Source: Eledone cirrhosa (Eukaryota). From it: a stretch of 64,000 bases of DNA. The translations under genes and the position numbers were made by a program. Positions within the stretch are counted from its first letter, which is position 1. The number at the start of each line of letters is the position of its first letter. Under the pieces are notes generated by a model. The model searched no databases. It was not told the DNA's origin and was given only the letters and a program-made list of their open reading frames with translations. The stretch covers positions 87,048,001-87,112,000 of the forward strand of contig OZ024740.1 of the NCBI GenBank assembly GCA_964016885.1, given 5' to 3'. Shown in pieces: positions 13,555-27,270 of this stretch.

Positions 13555-16500
13555 CTACAATGACACATAAAACAAATAATTGTGCACATATAAATACATA
13601 CATATATATGTATATGTGTATGAAGCAATATCCGTAGATGTTAAAGGAAAAAGGAAAACAGTGCTCAATCGGGAAAGGAGCAGAAATATTACATCATTTA
13701 TTTATGTTCATACAGGGTATGTTCAGGCAAGTTCAGCCACCCACTGCCATGAAAGATTTAATTGTGTTTACCACAACTACAATCTTCCCATATATGGAAT
13801 TACCCCTTGAAAAGTTTGGCTATTTATTACCACGCTAAAAATCTAATTTAGTCCAGAAATAGCCATCGAAATGGCTTGAGCTCTGCCATTGGGGTCTTGA
13901 ACATTTTCCTATTACCCACTCTACTACCCTAAGTATTGAGTATTCGGGTACGTTTTGGTCCACCTGGTTCCTTACCACACTTCCTTCGTTGTATATATAT
14001 ATATATATATAGTAGAATAATCGAGTATCGAAAAATCGGCGCACGAGTTCACGATAAACAAAATTCGAAATGAGCGGCAGAGGGCTCAATAATTCAGATA
14101 AATCAGAGCTATAACTATCGTTAAAATACCGACACACACAGAACATGTCTAAAATCAACCATACGACCGAAAAATTACGATCTGGAAGATTCGGGACACT
14201 CAGATAAAATATCAATAAATCAATAAATCAAATGAATATATATATATCGTTGTTGTGGTATAAGTATGGCCACTACTTCTGGTCATTTTTTTGGTGTCAC
14301 AATTCAAGTCCATTTTCTTTAGTCAACCTCTGAAAATCCTTATAGTTTTAGTGCACACACACACACACACATACTTGTTTTAATATTGGTGATACTTGAT
14401 TCTCAGTGTTGTATTTTATCATTGCAATCAACTAACTATCGTGTAATTAGGCTTGCTCCATTAAGTTGTACCTAGCTAAGTAAGATGGTTGTTTCTTAAG
14501 CTGCGTCAACATAGCTTAAATCTCAAATCATGTTGCTTATAAAGTGAGCTATGCCTCTACCTAACAACATTTTGTAGAAATTAAAAAAATATATATATAT
14601 TTGCCTCTCTACTAACTCTGACAATTTACCAGCTTAGATCCTATACAATTTTTGAAAACATGAAACAAAGTATTAGAGCAAAGGCTATAACAAAGTAAAT
14701 CTTCCCTGTGTTTGAATACCATTGAAGATAACTACACTAATGAAACTGCTGGACTGCTAATAAAAATGCAAATAAATTGGTTTATGAGTAGCTTTTTGTA
14801 ATATATTTTTGAAGGAAATAATCTTTGTTCCAGCTAAATATTATTGTTAAATACACCAGGTCAATTGATGAGGTAAGATAATAAAAATATTCATGATGTT
14901 CAGATACTAGATCTTGACTGACTGCTTCCTTTTTTGTGCTGGTTGCCATCAAAACATTCAATGCCTCTAACCTCTGTAAAATTAGGAGCAGTGCATCCTA
15001 CATGAAAAGGAGAGCTATGATGTGAATTGATTGATGCAGCTGGTGTTGCTGGTTGTTCACTGTGGCAATGCTTTTTACCATCTTGTCTATGGGGTGCAGC
15101 TGAAGTATAATGCCAAGACATGGGTATAGAGTTTGATCCTCTCTTCCTTGCATTTCCATTATTTGATTTTTTTTTTTATTGCTAATATTATATAATTTAA
15201 CTGAAATAAAATTTAAGAAAATAAATTAAAACAAAATCTGTTAGATGCAACTACTGGTTACCATATGTACTTTAAGCTACTTAATTTGGAGTACACTTTT
15301 AGATATTTAGTCTAAATTCTCAATCACCCAATATTATATTTTGGGGGCGGACATAGTATGAACTATAGAACAAACCAATATAGTTTAGCCATCACTGCCT
15401 GTGTAAACTATTAGATAAATTGGACAGTCATATAAGTTTATACAATTTCAATTTGGAGAAAACATGAGAACAGCTGGACTATACTTTCAAATGTTATGTA
15501 TTCATCAGTAACTGCTGAACCTGCTGTTAACTGACCACTAAGAAATTGTATTTAAAGACATTTTTATTATGTGGTTTATTGAATCAAGCATACTGCTTTG
15601 AAGATTAATATATTCTCCCAAAATAGTTTGATTAATTAAATTGGTGATGCTCTAAAATGGCTAAAATTTATAGATTTGACCTCTTTTTATACCAAAACAC
15701 ATGAAATTACCCTTGGTTCTACATTACAAAGCTGCTTCTTTTAAAGTGTATATATTTATCAAAAAACCTTCCTTCATAATTTTATTTTAAAATCTTTGTT
15801 AAGTTATGTTCTAAATAACAGCTTATTAATGAGAAACTGAGTTACATTACTAAATCCTTCCAAATAGTTTGTTATTTTCAGAATTAACTAAAACACATAG
15901 GTAGTGTCTATCAATAGAAACATAATAATGGAAAAGGTTAAAAAACACTGCTAGCATGTCTGTAATTTACACCTACTCCCACTCAACATTCATAGGTCAA
16001 GCAGTTGACCATGTATTGAACTTCTGCATGATATAAATGAATTTTGTAATTGTAATTTCTTTCAAATGCTATATGTGGCATGCATTATTTGCTTTGCTCC
16101 TGATATCGAACGGAGGAGGAAATAATTCAATAGGTTTTTCTTCAAGGATGTCAGTGAAGTCATCAAGGTTTATACTACATATGTAACTACTATATAGTAA
16201 GGTGATGATAGGTACTATGTGGATTATCATGAACACTTTAAGGTAAAAGACTACTTTCTTCACAGGTTTTTGCATCAATGCAAAAAAGATCTTGTGAAAT
16301 ATAATAATATTACTAAAAAAATTTAGAGTAAAAGAAATGCCAAGTTAATGAATAGTATTGTCTGGAAAAATTGATTAAATATGGAGATTTATTCCAACAG
16401 ACACGCCAAAACTAATCTTGTTTATGCATTAATGAGAATAATTTTCAAACATTGTAATTTAGATTATAAAATTTGGCACAAACAAACAGTAACAAAATAA

Positions 16501-16576
16501 GTCAATCTTTCCTTACATCTTAAGTGAAATATTATTAATGAGACAATCTACTATATTTATGGAAATAAATACTTAC

Positions 16577-16876
16577 ACAGAACACTTAGAGTAACTGAAT
16601 CAGAGATTCCTCTGTTGATGTATTCATTCTTGGCAACACATGTATACATAACATTATTGTCATTGCCTGTCAAATTCACTTTTGTTATCGATGTTGAAAT
16701 GAATCCTCCTTTAGGTGAATTCTTTACTTGGGTGTTTTCATCTGGAAGCTGTCTCCCTCTTGCAAACCAAGTTATTGTTGCTGCTGGATTACTGTTTGTT
16801 GAAACACATTTTAATGTCACTGTCTGCCCTGCCTTAGCAAGTCTATGACCAGAGATTTTTACTTTCTGTGGAGGAA
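16577..16876 (-). CDS. Nephrin-like gene, exon encoding Ig domain 4
   Basis: ttttcAG acceptor, GTaagt donor; 300 nt, phase 1/1; PPQKVKISG...TLKCVSTNSNPAATITWF...DNNVMYTCVAKN...LSVL. Confidence 0.93.
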
Positions 16877-17131
16877 CTGAAAACAGAAATCAAAGTCATT
16901 TATGAACAATGTCTTCACTCTAAAGGAATAGTAATAGAATAGTATAATTAGTGAAGTTATATCAAAGGGATGAAATAGAATGGATGTACAAGCCAGAGAG
17001 AAATCAGATAAAATTCAAGATTATGACAGTAAATTCAAGCTAAGATCCATGAAATAGAACTATAAAGATCCATTATTGAAGCCCAATGTAAATATTCAAG
17101 TGTGAACAACACATTAGGCATATAAAAACTA

Positions 17132-17186
<55 letters not shown>

Positions 17187-17288
17187 TATTATATTGCTGT
17201 TTGTGACTTACTGGAACTTGTCTAAATATATGATTTGTGTTTGCAGTGCTCTTCTGTAGCTTTATGTTCATATGTCCATTTACATATA

Positions 17289-18595
17289 CAGGGTGTGGAC
17301 GATATTTGTTGGTAATTTTCAACTGCTAATTTTATGCAAATTTTTTTTACTTCCGTTGTCACTCTTGTCTTCCTAAAAACAGTGACTATATTTCCATTAT
17401 TTATTTTCAGAATAATTGATTATGAATAATTTTGAACCTCCAAATTGGTGAAAGAGACACGGAGTTCTTCTAGGAATCCGCGCCGAGAGGACAAATAAGG
17501 AAATTTCAGACTTTCTCAGCATCAGCAGGAGAATGGTGGAAAAGGTCAGAAAGGAATTGGAAGATTCAGGATTCGACTATGAAGCAACATCAGAGAGGAA
17601 AACACATGATCGACGATCTGATGCCTTCAGAACACCCGAGTTTGTTGCTGAAGTTCAGGATATCATCAACAATGAACCTAGCAAGTCGATGCGTGCCATT
17701 GCAACAGAGAAAGGTGTGGATGAAAAGTTCATTAGGCTGGTGGTACATGAAGACATTCGCTACTTTTCATACAAGATGAGGAAAGGACAATTTCTGTCAA
17801 AGGCGATGCAAGAAAAGCGACTGAAACACGCAAAGAAGCTGATCAACAAGTTGAAACACCCACTGGAGCCAGGCATGCTGTGGTTTTTCTCCGACGAGAA
17901 AACCTTCTGCCAAGACCAGAAGATCAACTCCCAGAATAACAGGTGGCTCGCTGTCTCATCCAAAGACGTGCACAGAGTCATGAAGACAAAGTTTCCAGTG
18001 ACAACATTGGTCTTAGGTGTCGTCAGCAGTCAAGGTGACGTCACGCCACCTCACTTCTTCCCTGAGGGCCTCAAGCTGAACACCGATGGCTACATCCGCG
18101 TTCTGAGCGAGGTAGTAAAGCCCTGGATCGACCAGGTAGCTGAAGGTAGGCCGTACGTGTGGCAGCAAGACTCAACGCCTTGCCATACCAGCCAAAAGAC
18201 CCAAGCCTGGCTGTCGGAGAACTTTATCGACCACACTTCACCTGACATCTGGCCTCCCAGCTCGCCTGACTGCAACCCCCTCGATTTCTTTGTGTGGGGC
18301 GCAGTGGAACGAGACACCAACAGATCTAGCTGCAATACGAAAGACGATCTGAAAGCCAGGATCACAAGTGCCTTTAGGGACCTAAGTCGGGGGACAGTGA
18401 CGAAGGCCTGTAGCCGGTTCCGAAGCTGCCTTGAGGCCGTCATCAAAGCCAATGGCGGGTTTATTGAGTGAGATCGAAAGAACAAGTCATGAAGACAAAC
18501 TGACCCAAGTTTGATAAATATATCTTAAAAAATAAAACTACTGTATTATTTTTTCATAGACAATAATCTTGCGAACAAATATCGTCCGCACCCTG
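17289..18595 (+). mobile_element. Tc1/mariner DNA transposon, DD37D (maT) family, full length (1307 bp)
   Basis: 22-bp TIRs CAGGGTG(T/C)GGACGATATTTGTT with flanking TA; catalytic motifs FSDEK, QQDSTPCH, SPDCNPLD with 37 residues between second and third D. Confidence 0.95.
17422..18471 (+). pseudogene. DD37D transposase, 349 codons with one in-frame TGA at codon 10
   Basis: ATG at 17422 is in frame with ORF 17533-18471; only interruption is TGA at 17449-17451. Confidence 0.8.
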
Positions 18596-18604
18596 TATAT
18601 ATAT

Positions 18605-18951
18605 ATCATTTCATCATCATCATTTCATTTTACGTCCGCTTTTCCCTGCTTGCAAGGGTGGGACGGGAACTAATTCTGGCTTGATTCCTACAGCTGGATG
18701 CCCTTCCTAACACCAACCTCATTTACAGTGAGTGCTGGGTGGTTTTTTGCCATGGCACCTCCACGACCACTTTACAGTGGAATGATAGGGACACCAGTCA
18801 CTATCATCTCATTTCCACAGCTGAGTAAACTGGAGCAATGTGAAATAAAGTGTCTTGCTCAAGGAAATAACACATCACCCGGTCTGAGAATTGAACTCAC
18901 AACCTTTCGATTGCAAGGTCAATGCTCTAACCACTAAGCCATGTGCCTCCA
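18605..18951 (-). mobile_element. tRNA-headed CORE-like SINE adjoining an RTE-derived (GAT)n-tailed module; related heads at ~13000-13240(-), 5370-5560(-), 49205-49270(+)
   Basis: A-box tggcttagtgg, B-box gagttcaattc, CORE-like ccttgagcaagacacttt, then ggtgttaggaagggcatccagctgt and (GAT)n tail. Confidence 0.7.
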
Positions 18952-19019
18952 TATATATATATATGTATCATCAACATCCATTTTCTCCACATATCCTCAT
19001 CACTAGTTAACATCTATTG

Positions 19020-19780
19020 TGATGTAAGTGATTCTCAAACAGAAGAAGGAATTTCATTAGCAATATTCTAGTCAGATTTTTTTTCCAGCAGTTGACAAAA
19101 GTGAAATTTCTGTGTAGTTGATTGTCAGCAATCCGTAGGAGTTGAGAATGATTTTCTACCAGATCTAACTTCTGTAGAACAATATGGCTTCATAGTTTAA
19201 GAATTTATTTGTTGATGAAGTTAAAGAAAACCATGTGCAAAAGTTTCTATTAATCATACCATCCCCTGTAACTGGCAAGAACAGATGGAAGGACAAAAAC
19301 AGACTGCAAGATGGATGAGTCTCCAATAGAAGGATGAATTGTGTAAGATTCTAGTCAGATTTTTTTCAAGCAGTTGACAACATTTGATTTGTCTCCCTTC
19401 TTGAATATGATGATAATGGTTCCATTTCTGATGTCAGCTGTTGTTATATCTTCTTGCATCCAGATTAGCAGAAACAGTGTATAAAGTGTTTCATTATCTC
19501 TGCCTGAAACAGGTTGGACCATAGTTCTTTGCTTTTTAGGAAACAGAGAGTTTTGGGGGTGGGGTGTTGTAGAGGGGGTTCTTCAATGTCAGGTGGTGCA
19601 GTTAAGTTGTATATTATTGATGTGTGTGTTAAAGGAAAAAGTGACTCAGAAAAGTCAGATAGTGTTTTGGGGGTGGGGTGTTGTGGAGGGGGTTCTTCAA
19701 TGTCAGTTGGTGCAGTTAAGTTGTATATTATTGATGTGTGTGTTAAAGGAAAAAGAGACTCAGAAAAGTCAGAAAAGGAG
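19020..19780 (-). mobile_element. Degenerate RTE/BovB-like RT fragment containing a 114-bp tandem duplication
   Basis: AEIMKH, IWMQEDI, IIIFKKGDKSN and NYTEISLLSTAGK motifs; 38-codon unit repeated at ~19550-19775. Confidence 0.65.
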
Positions 19781-20512
19781 TGTACCTCTAAAAGAGCCAT
19801 AAATAAACAACTTTCTGAATACATCAGATAAAAAAAACAATAAATATGTGTAAAAAGAAAATGTAGCAGAAATATTTTGAATATAAATAAATATTTTTCC
19901 CTTGAAAAATTATTTCATTGGAAGATAAATGTAGATTGTACTCTAAATGATGGATATTATTCATAATTTTTTATACTGAAGCTAAAGAATACTGGGGAAT
20001 TAAAAAACATATATAATATGATACATGCAAGCAACAGAGTTGTTGAAAAACAAAGACTAATATTAAATGCTAAAATTTAATGACAATAATCCTGATGACA
20101 AGTAATAAATAACAAGTTCTACTTTTTTAGACTTCTCACTAAAATATTAGCCACTATTCAACAACATCAGAGGAATGACAGTGTAAGTATATTGGCTGAA
20201 TAAAACCTCTTAATATATATCTTCACTTATGCATACATACACAGAAATGTACACAATAAACTGTGTACAGGCAGGCTCCAAGTTTCATAGTAAAAGCATG
20301 TTTCAGAAACCCTAAATATTGAGATTAGAAAAAGTATTTGGGATTAGTTAATATTTTTCCCTGTTCACTACATTAAGATTGAAAGAGTATATATAGAAAG
20401 ATCTATGAGAGAGAAAACTAGGTGTCATAAGATAGGCAGTGTTTATGAAGTGAGTAATTAATGTATATAAAATAGTCAAAATCAATGTTGACTATATGCT
20501 GTGGTAAGTGTG

Positions 20513-20714
20513 TATGAGGGTCAGCTGAAAAGTTCATAGGCTGACTATGAAGGAGTGATGCTAGAGCTGTGACATCTTGCATAAATTAATTTCAACTCTT
20601 CTCATTAATAACTACATTGTTTCTTTCCAGGGACTATGTTGAAAAATAAACCTCATTTTGTCATTCCATGAGAGTATCTTGGTCAGCCTATGAGCTTTAG
20701 AGCTGACAGTTGTA
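20513..20714. mobile_element. Mariner-like MITE (~200 bp)
   Basis: Imperfect TIRs gtcagctgaaaagttcataggctgac / gtcagcctatgagctttagagctgac, TA at both ends. Confidence 0.6.
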
Positions 20715-21601
20715 GAATGAAAGAACATCATTGAAATTCAGTTACTCACTTTACTAATATTGAATGTCCACAACTCTAGTAACAATTATCACTTTAGCAA
20801 TCACACATTTCAAGCAGAGCCTTACAATCTTTATTATGACTTTCAATTATTGCTCATTCAATTAAACATTTTATCCTATTAACTAAACTTGATGCCTTAT
20901 CAATTGAGGAATCATACTGAATTAAGTTACTACACCAGACATACACACATTTCCTATGCTGCTCATTATACTAAGTGTTGTGTAAGAATTGTATTTGTAC
21001 TTCAGAGGATAATAAAATAAATGCATTTATTATTCTTTGTGTCAGAATATTTCAAAAGCATACAAGTGTATATAATACACATGCATACATTACATACATA
21101 CATAAGTTTTAAAATATACAATTATAATTTGAAATCAAAAATGTACAAAGCAATTTCTCTTCTGCATTATACAGTTTAAAAAACAATTCAGTTATATATA
21201 GTGTAAATACGGAAATAATCTAGTCCTTCCTAAGCTCTGTGATGTTTACACAAAAAAATTAGAAAACTAAAAGACAAAAAAACATGTATTATTGCCATTG
21301 TGTAAATAGTTCCAGTTGAGAGATTTTTACATTAGATGAAATAACAACCCAACTTACATGTACAAAAATAGTGACATTGTTGGTAACAACCTTTAAGACT
21401 AAACATTGTTTCAACAATAAAAGTAAAGAAATTATAGCATAATGTTCACAACCGCAGCAGCAACAACAACAACAACAACAACAATAATAATAATAATAAA
21501 GAAGTAAATAACATTGTATGCCAAAGTATTCATAAAATGTTTACAGTAGATCTGATATATTTGACAAAGGAAGAATTTGACATAAACTAGTATCAACTTA
21601 C

Positions 21602-21892
21602 AGTGCACTGTTAGCTTGAAGGATGCAACTAATGGTTTTTCTGTCGCAGCATTAGAGGCTTCACATCTGAAAATAGCATCATTATCTGATGACTGAACTT
21701 TTAGTTTTAGCTCATTTTCTGCTTTGTTCTGTCCAGTAGAATAAGACTGGTCAATTTCTTTGCTGTTCTTATACCAAACAACATGTGCTAGAGGGTTACC
21801 CCCTTCAGAAATACATTTCAAGCTCAAGGTATCATTAATGCGTACTACTTGACCTTCTTCATAACCAGTGATACGAGGTTCTCCTGGTGGGA
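21602..21892 (-). CDS. Nephrin-like gene, exon encoding Ig domain 3
   Basis: tttcAG acceptor, GTaagt donor; 291 nt, phase 1/1; PPGEPRITGY...CISEGGNPLAHVVWYKN...DNDAIFRCEASN...LTVH. Confidence 0.93.
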
Positions 21893-22959
21893 CTGAAATA
21901 GCAAACAAAAAGTTCTCATATAATGATAATAAATAAAAGCATATATACATATATGTGTGTGAGTGTGTGTGAATTGTGCTTTCTAAATTATATAAACTAT
22001 AAAAGAAAATTACTGCTTTTATGGTCATCCTTGGCATCATCATTTTTAAGTTCACTTTTGGGGCAGTTCTGTATCCAGATTAATTTCCCAATGCCAAAGC
22101 AAGCTTCATTTTTAAGTATGGTATATAATGGTGATATAGATCAAACCATTAAACTACAGAACATGTTCTTTGTGTGACACAAATAAATGTCACTGTTTTA
22201 ACTGGTGTAGTTTTGAAGATGCGAAGTGTCAAACAACATACAAGCAAGAAAAAACATGTAAAAACAATGATGATGGCAATATATATATATATATATATAT
22301 ATATCATTATCATTGTTTTAATGTCTGCTTTCTCTGCTAGCAGAGGTTGGATGGGTCCACATTGACAAAGTCAGCACTGAGGTGAAGCCATCGATCTCAC
22401 AAGCAGGTCAAGGATTTGTGTCTCACTGATGTATGGTCTCACATTCTACCTAGTGCACAGGAGAGATTATCATGTATTTGACACTACTGAGGGCATTCCC
22501 AACCCTTTGTTTAGAAAATTTTGCCATCAGTGAGCATAGACTATGGGTGTCTTAAATATTTAATTAAAATACCAATACAAATCACCCCCCCAAAAAATAG
22601 AGTTTATATATATATCACTTACCAAAATATCAAGATAAAAATAAATCGCAATTAGAAATATAGTTCAAAGAATATTGTAGTACAAAAAATATGGTGTCAG
22701 TTGCGTTAAAAGATATTTGGAAGTAGTATTTTCTAGATTGAAACTACAAAACATGTTATTTATGTGTTCACAAGTGATGGAAGGCAGGAGTTTGTGCAGT
22801 AATGTGCCAGCTTCAGTATTCAGTCATCAGAAGGGAGATGGGTGTAAAAGTCAAACTCACAGTCGTCAATTTGATATTCATGCCAACACTTACCTATTGT
22901 AATGAATCTTGAGTAATGACTAAAAGAATACAATTGTGAATACAAGCAATTGAAATGGG

Positions 22960-23330
22960 GTTCATTCGAAGGGCCTTTGGAGTAACATTACTCAATAGAG
23001 TGTATAGTTCAGAGATCAGAGAGTCATTCGAGGTAGAGCCACCACTTCTCCAAATTAAGAGATTAGAGCTCCGATACTATGGGCATGTGGTTAGAATATC
23101 TTAGGAAAGAATCGCTGGACAGATTTTATGGTCAAAACCAACTGGCAGGAGACACAGATGTAGACCCCAAGCAAGATGGTTGAATAACATCCATGAGCTT
23201 GGCTGGTCATGCTTGGGGATCTAGCCGGATCAGTTGGAGATAGTTGCTTCTGACAGGACCCGCTAGGAGTGTTTGAGGACTGCCTCCACAACCCTCTCAG
23301 AAATAAGTAGGTGAAGAAGAAGAAAAAGAT
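22960..23330 (+). mobile_element. Degenerate RTE 3' fragment with (GAA)n tail
   Basis: ELRYYGHVVRI motif and gaagaagaagaa tail. Confidence 0.6.
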
Positions 23331-23559
23331 AGGGTTCTACACAGTTTTTGTCTAACAATTTCACTTACAAAGGATAGATCAGCTCAAGGCAATAGTAGAA
23401 GGGATTTGCTTAAGATTTCATGCAGTGGGATTGAACTTAAAATGACATCATCTTTGTGAAGTAAATTTCTTAACCACACACCCAAGCGTGCAGCCTACTC
23501 TTTCTCTTTGTTGTAAAATGGAGGGGTGGTTGGGGCCCCTGAATCCAGTAAGACAACCT

Positions 23560-26532
23560 CTCTAGTGGTGGTGGCATGAATAAAAGCACCCAGTCCATGC
23601 TGTAAAGTGGTGCTGGTGTTAGGAAGGGCATTCAACCAGTATAATAAAAAGCCAAAATTATGAGCATAACAAATAAGAATTACAACAACTGCGTCAACAG
23701 TAATAACACTAACCATGTTAGGGCTGCGCACGGTAGTGGGGTGGCTGGTGCGGCCATGTGTGAGAACCCCCGACCGACATCAAGCAATCGCACAACAGGA
23801 AAAAGAACAGGATGTCGCATCTCAGAGTTGCCACACTTAATGTTGGCACTCTAACAGGTAGATCTGGTGAGATTGCAGAGATGCTGAAGAGAAAGCATGT
23901 GGATGTGTGCTGTGTGCAAGAGGTGCGATGGAGAGGTGCCTCTGCAAGACTAATCGTAGGCAAACATCGTAGTTATAAGCTTTTCTGGATGGGTAATGAT
24001 GATGGGTTAGGTGGGGTGGGCATATTACTGGCTGAGAGATGGATCAATAAGACAATAGAGGTAGTTAGAGTTAGTAATAGAATAATTAAGCTTTGGTTAG
24101 TTGTAGGCAAGAGACTACTGACAATCATCTCTGCCTATGCTCCCCAGGCAGGCCTAGGTAAAGAAGAGAAACACAGCTTTTACGAGCAACTTTTACAGAC
24201 AGCCTCAATGACAGAGGACAGAGACATCGGTATGCTAGCAGGGGACTTCAATGGATATTTTGGACGGCTCCAGGATGGATACACTGGGGTACATGGTGGG
24301 CACGGTTACGGCTCAAGAAATGAAGGAGTGAGGCTTCTTGAATTTTGTGATGCAAATGCACTAACCATTTGCAACACTAACTTCCAGAAGCCTACCAACA
24401 ACCTAATAACCTACAAATCAGACGAGCACATAAGCCAGCTTGACTTCCTGCTAGTTAGACAACGAGACAGACAGATGGTGTCAAATACTAAGGGATATCC
24501 TGGGGAAGAATGTACCCCACAGCATAGGTTAGTTGTTAGTGACATCTCAGTAAGCATGAGAAAGAATGAGACATACAGGAAGGTGTGGAAAAGAAAGGTC
24601 TGGAAGCTAAAAGACCTTTCATTAAAATATAAATTTAGCAAAGCCCTTCAAGACGTGTATGACGAAAAAGAAGACGATTTAGAGTTGTATGACATATATG
24701 ATAACTGGAATTTCTTGTGTGACAACTTACTGCAGGCTACTGAAGAAATTTGTGGTTGTGGCAGAGCTTCCACCAGACAGGGAGTGACCTGGTGGTGGAA
24801 CAGCACGGTAGATAGGGCCATTAGAGACAAAAGACTGACATAGAAAGCTTGGGAAAATGGTGGGAGTAGAGATGGATACACAGCTGCTAAGAGAGAAGCT
24901 AGACATCAGGTGTACTTAACATGCAGGGAGGTTGAAAGTAGGAGGTTTGCCAATGTTCTGCGATAGGAAGATCAGAGACGTGCAGTGTTCCGCATTGCAA
25001 GGCAATGTGTCAGTGCAAATCAGGATGTTGTTGGAGATAAGTGTGTCCGGTATGATGCTGGTGTACTTAGAGTCACGAATGATCAAAAGAAGGAGGCCTT
25101 GAAATGTCATTATGAGAGACTGATGAATGTAGAGAACGAATGGGACAGAGAGGAATTACCCCCAGTAGACCCGACAGAGGGACCAGCTATTGAGATTGAC
25201 AAATATAGGGTACAAGAGGCAATTAAGGAAATGAAGAATGGTAAGGCTGCTGGGCCATTGGGGATAGTTGCTGAGATGCTGAAGGCTTCAGGAGAAGTAG
25301 GCACTAAATTAGTTGCACGCATCATTAAACAAGCTATATATGGTGGTGTCATACACAAAGACTGGTGCAGCAGTATTCTCATAAGTTGTTACAAAGGTAA
25401 TGCGGCGCAATTATAGGGGCATAAAGCTGATGGATCAGGTTATGAAAGTGGCAGAGAGAATATTAGCGCAACTGATTAGAGAAAGGGTCAATTTAAATGA
25501 GATGCAGTTTGGTTTTGTGCCTCAGAAAAGTACAACAGATGCCCTCTTCATAGAGAGGCAACTACAGGAGAGGTTCTTAGAGAAGAATAAGCCACTATAC
25601 TTAGCTTTTGTTGACCTAGAGAAGGCCTTTGATAGGGTACCCTCATCTGTCATCTGGTGGTCCCTAAGGAAACTAGGGGTAGAGGAATGGCTTGTGAGGA
25701 CAGTGCAAGCTATGTACAGGGGTGCTGTCAGTAAAGTAGAATAGGAATGGAGTTTAGTGAATAACTCCAGATACAAGTAGGTGTACATCAAGGTTCTGTT
25801 CTCAGCCCACTCTTGTTCATTATAGTCCACCAAGCCATAACGGAGGAGTTTAAGACTGGATGCCCATGGGAACTTCTTTATGTTGATGATCTGGTTCTTA
25901 TAGCAGAATCAGTAAAGGAGCTAAAGAATAAATTCTGGCTATGGAAACAGTAGTTGGAATCAAGAGGCCTGAGAGTGAACATAGCTAAAACAAAGGCGTT
26001 GATAGGTAGAAGAGAGGACAATACTCTGATTCCATCAGGGAAATGGCCATGTTCGATATGTAGGAAAGGAACTGGCATAAATTCCATAAAATGTACACAA
26101 TGCAGATCTTGGATACACAAGAGATGTAGTGGGATAGTAGGCAAACTAACAGGTAGGGAAAACTATGTATGCAGTAGATGTACAGGGAAAGTTGGCAGTA
26201 GTAATCGATGTGATGGACTCATTTTTCCAATGCAGCTGGGTATAAGAGGGATAAGTTGTGGTGTGCAGAAGAGAAGGCTGAGATGGTATGGACATGTGAT
26301 GCGCATGGAGGATGACCATGGAAGAAGTACCAGGAAGTCCCAGTGGAGGGAGGACGCAGTAGTGGTAGACCACGAAAAACATGGGCAGAGGTGGTTAGAG
26401 CATACCTCAGATCGCTGAAACTCACGGAGAAGATGACAAAGGACCGTGATGGGTGGAGAGATGCTGTGCTGAATAGGAGCTGTCCAACCCTTGCAAGCAG
26501 GGAAAAGCGGACGTATGATGATGATGATGATA
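23560..26532 (+). mobile_element. Near full-length degenerate RTE LINE (APE endonuclease plus RT) with stops, frameshifts and an internal deletion near 26215
   Basis: APE motifs TLNVGTL, CVQEVRW, SAYAP, GDFNG, QLDFLL, QHRLV in 23812-24843; RT fragments 24985-26418; tail cttgcaagcagggaaaagcggacg(tga)n. Confidence 0.93.
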
Positions 26533-26554
26533 ATATACATATATATTATATATG

Positions 26555-26585
<31 letters not shown>

Positions 26586-26660
26586 CGGATGGTAGCTAAG
26601 ATGCTTCTATAGGCGGTATGCCGGTTGACTACTCTATGCTCTTACAGAGCAGAGTATGGT

Positions 26661-27065
26661 ATAATATAAAACGAAAAATCAGTGATGCATCTGAAATCAA
26701 TTTATTGTGTGCTACAATTGTTTCGCCGGCGGACAGCTTGAGACACGATCATTGCATGGATCTTGTCTGACTCTGGACCTGCGGGCTCATCGAACACGTC
26801 AAATGCTTTTGGAGCAAATTCTTTCACTGGGGTGTTGGCATAAAAAAACATCTGCTGCTTTTCTACGTCATCGTAAATGTGACCAACAGGTGCCAATTCT
26901 GCCACACTTCAATGAGTTACTATGTTCACATGTTCACGTGCACACTCACACACATATATATATATATATACACACACACACTAAAGGAGGACATATAAAA
27001 AAAAACTATAGACATACACATACACATACATGCCCATATACAGACACAGACTCGCTCGCTCGCAA

Positions 27066-27102
<37 letters not shown>

Positions 27103-27121
27103 CACACACGCATATATATAA

Positions 27122-27192
<71 letters not shown>

Positions 27193-27239
27193 TACATACA
27201 TACATATACACGCACATATATATCTCTATATATATATAT

Positions 27240-27270
<31 letters not shown>

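Noticed and set aside
19465-19831. ORFs with a 38-aa repeat on both strands
   Set aside because: 114-bp tandem duplication within a decayed RTE fragment
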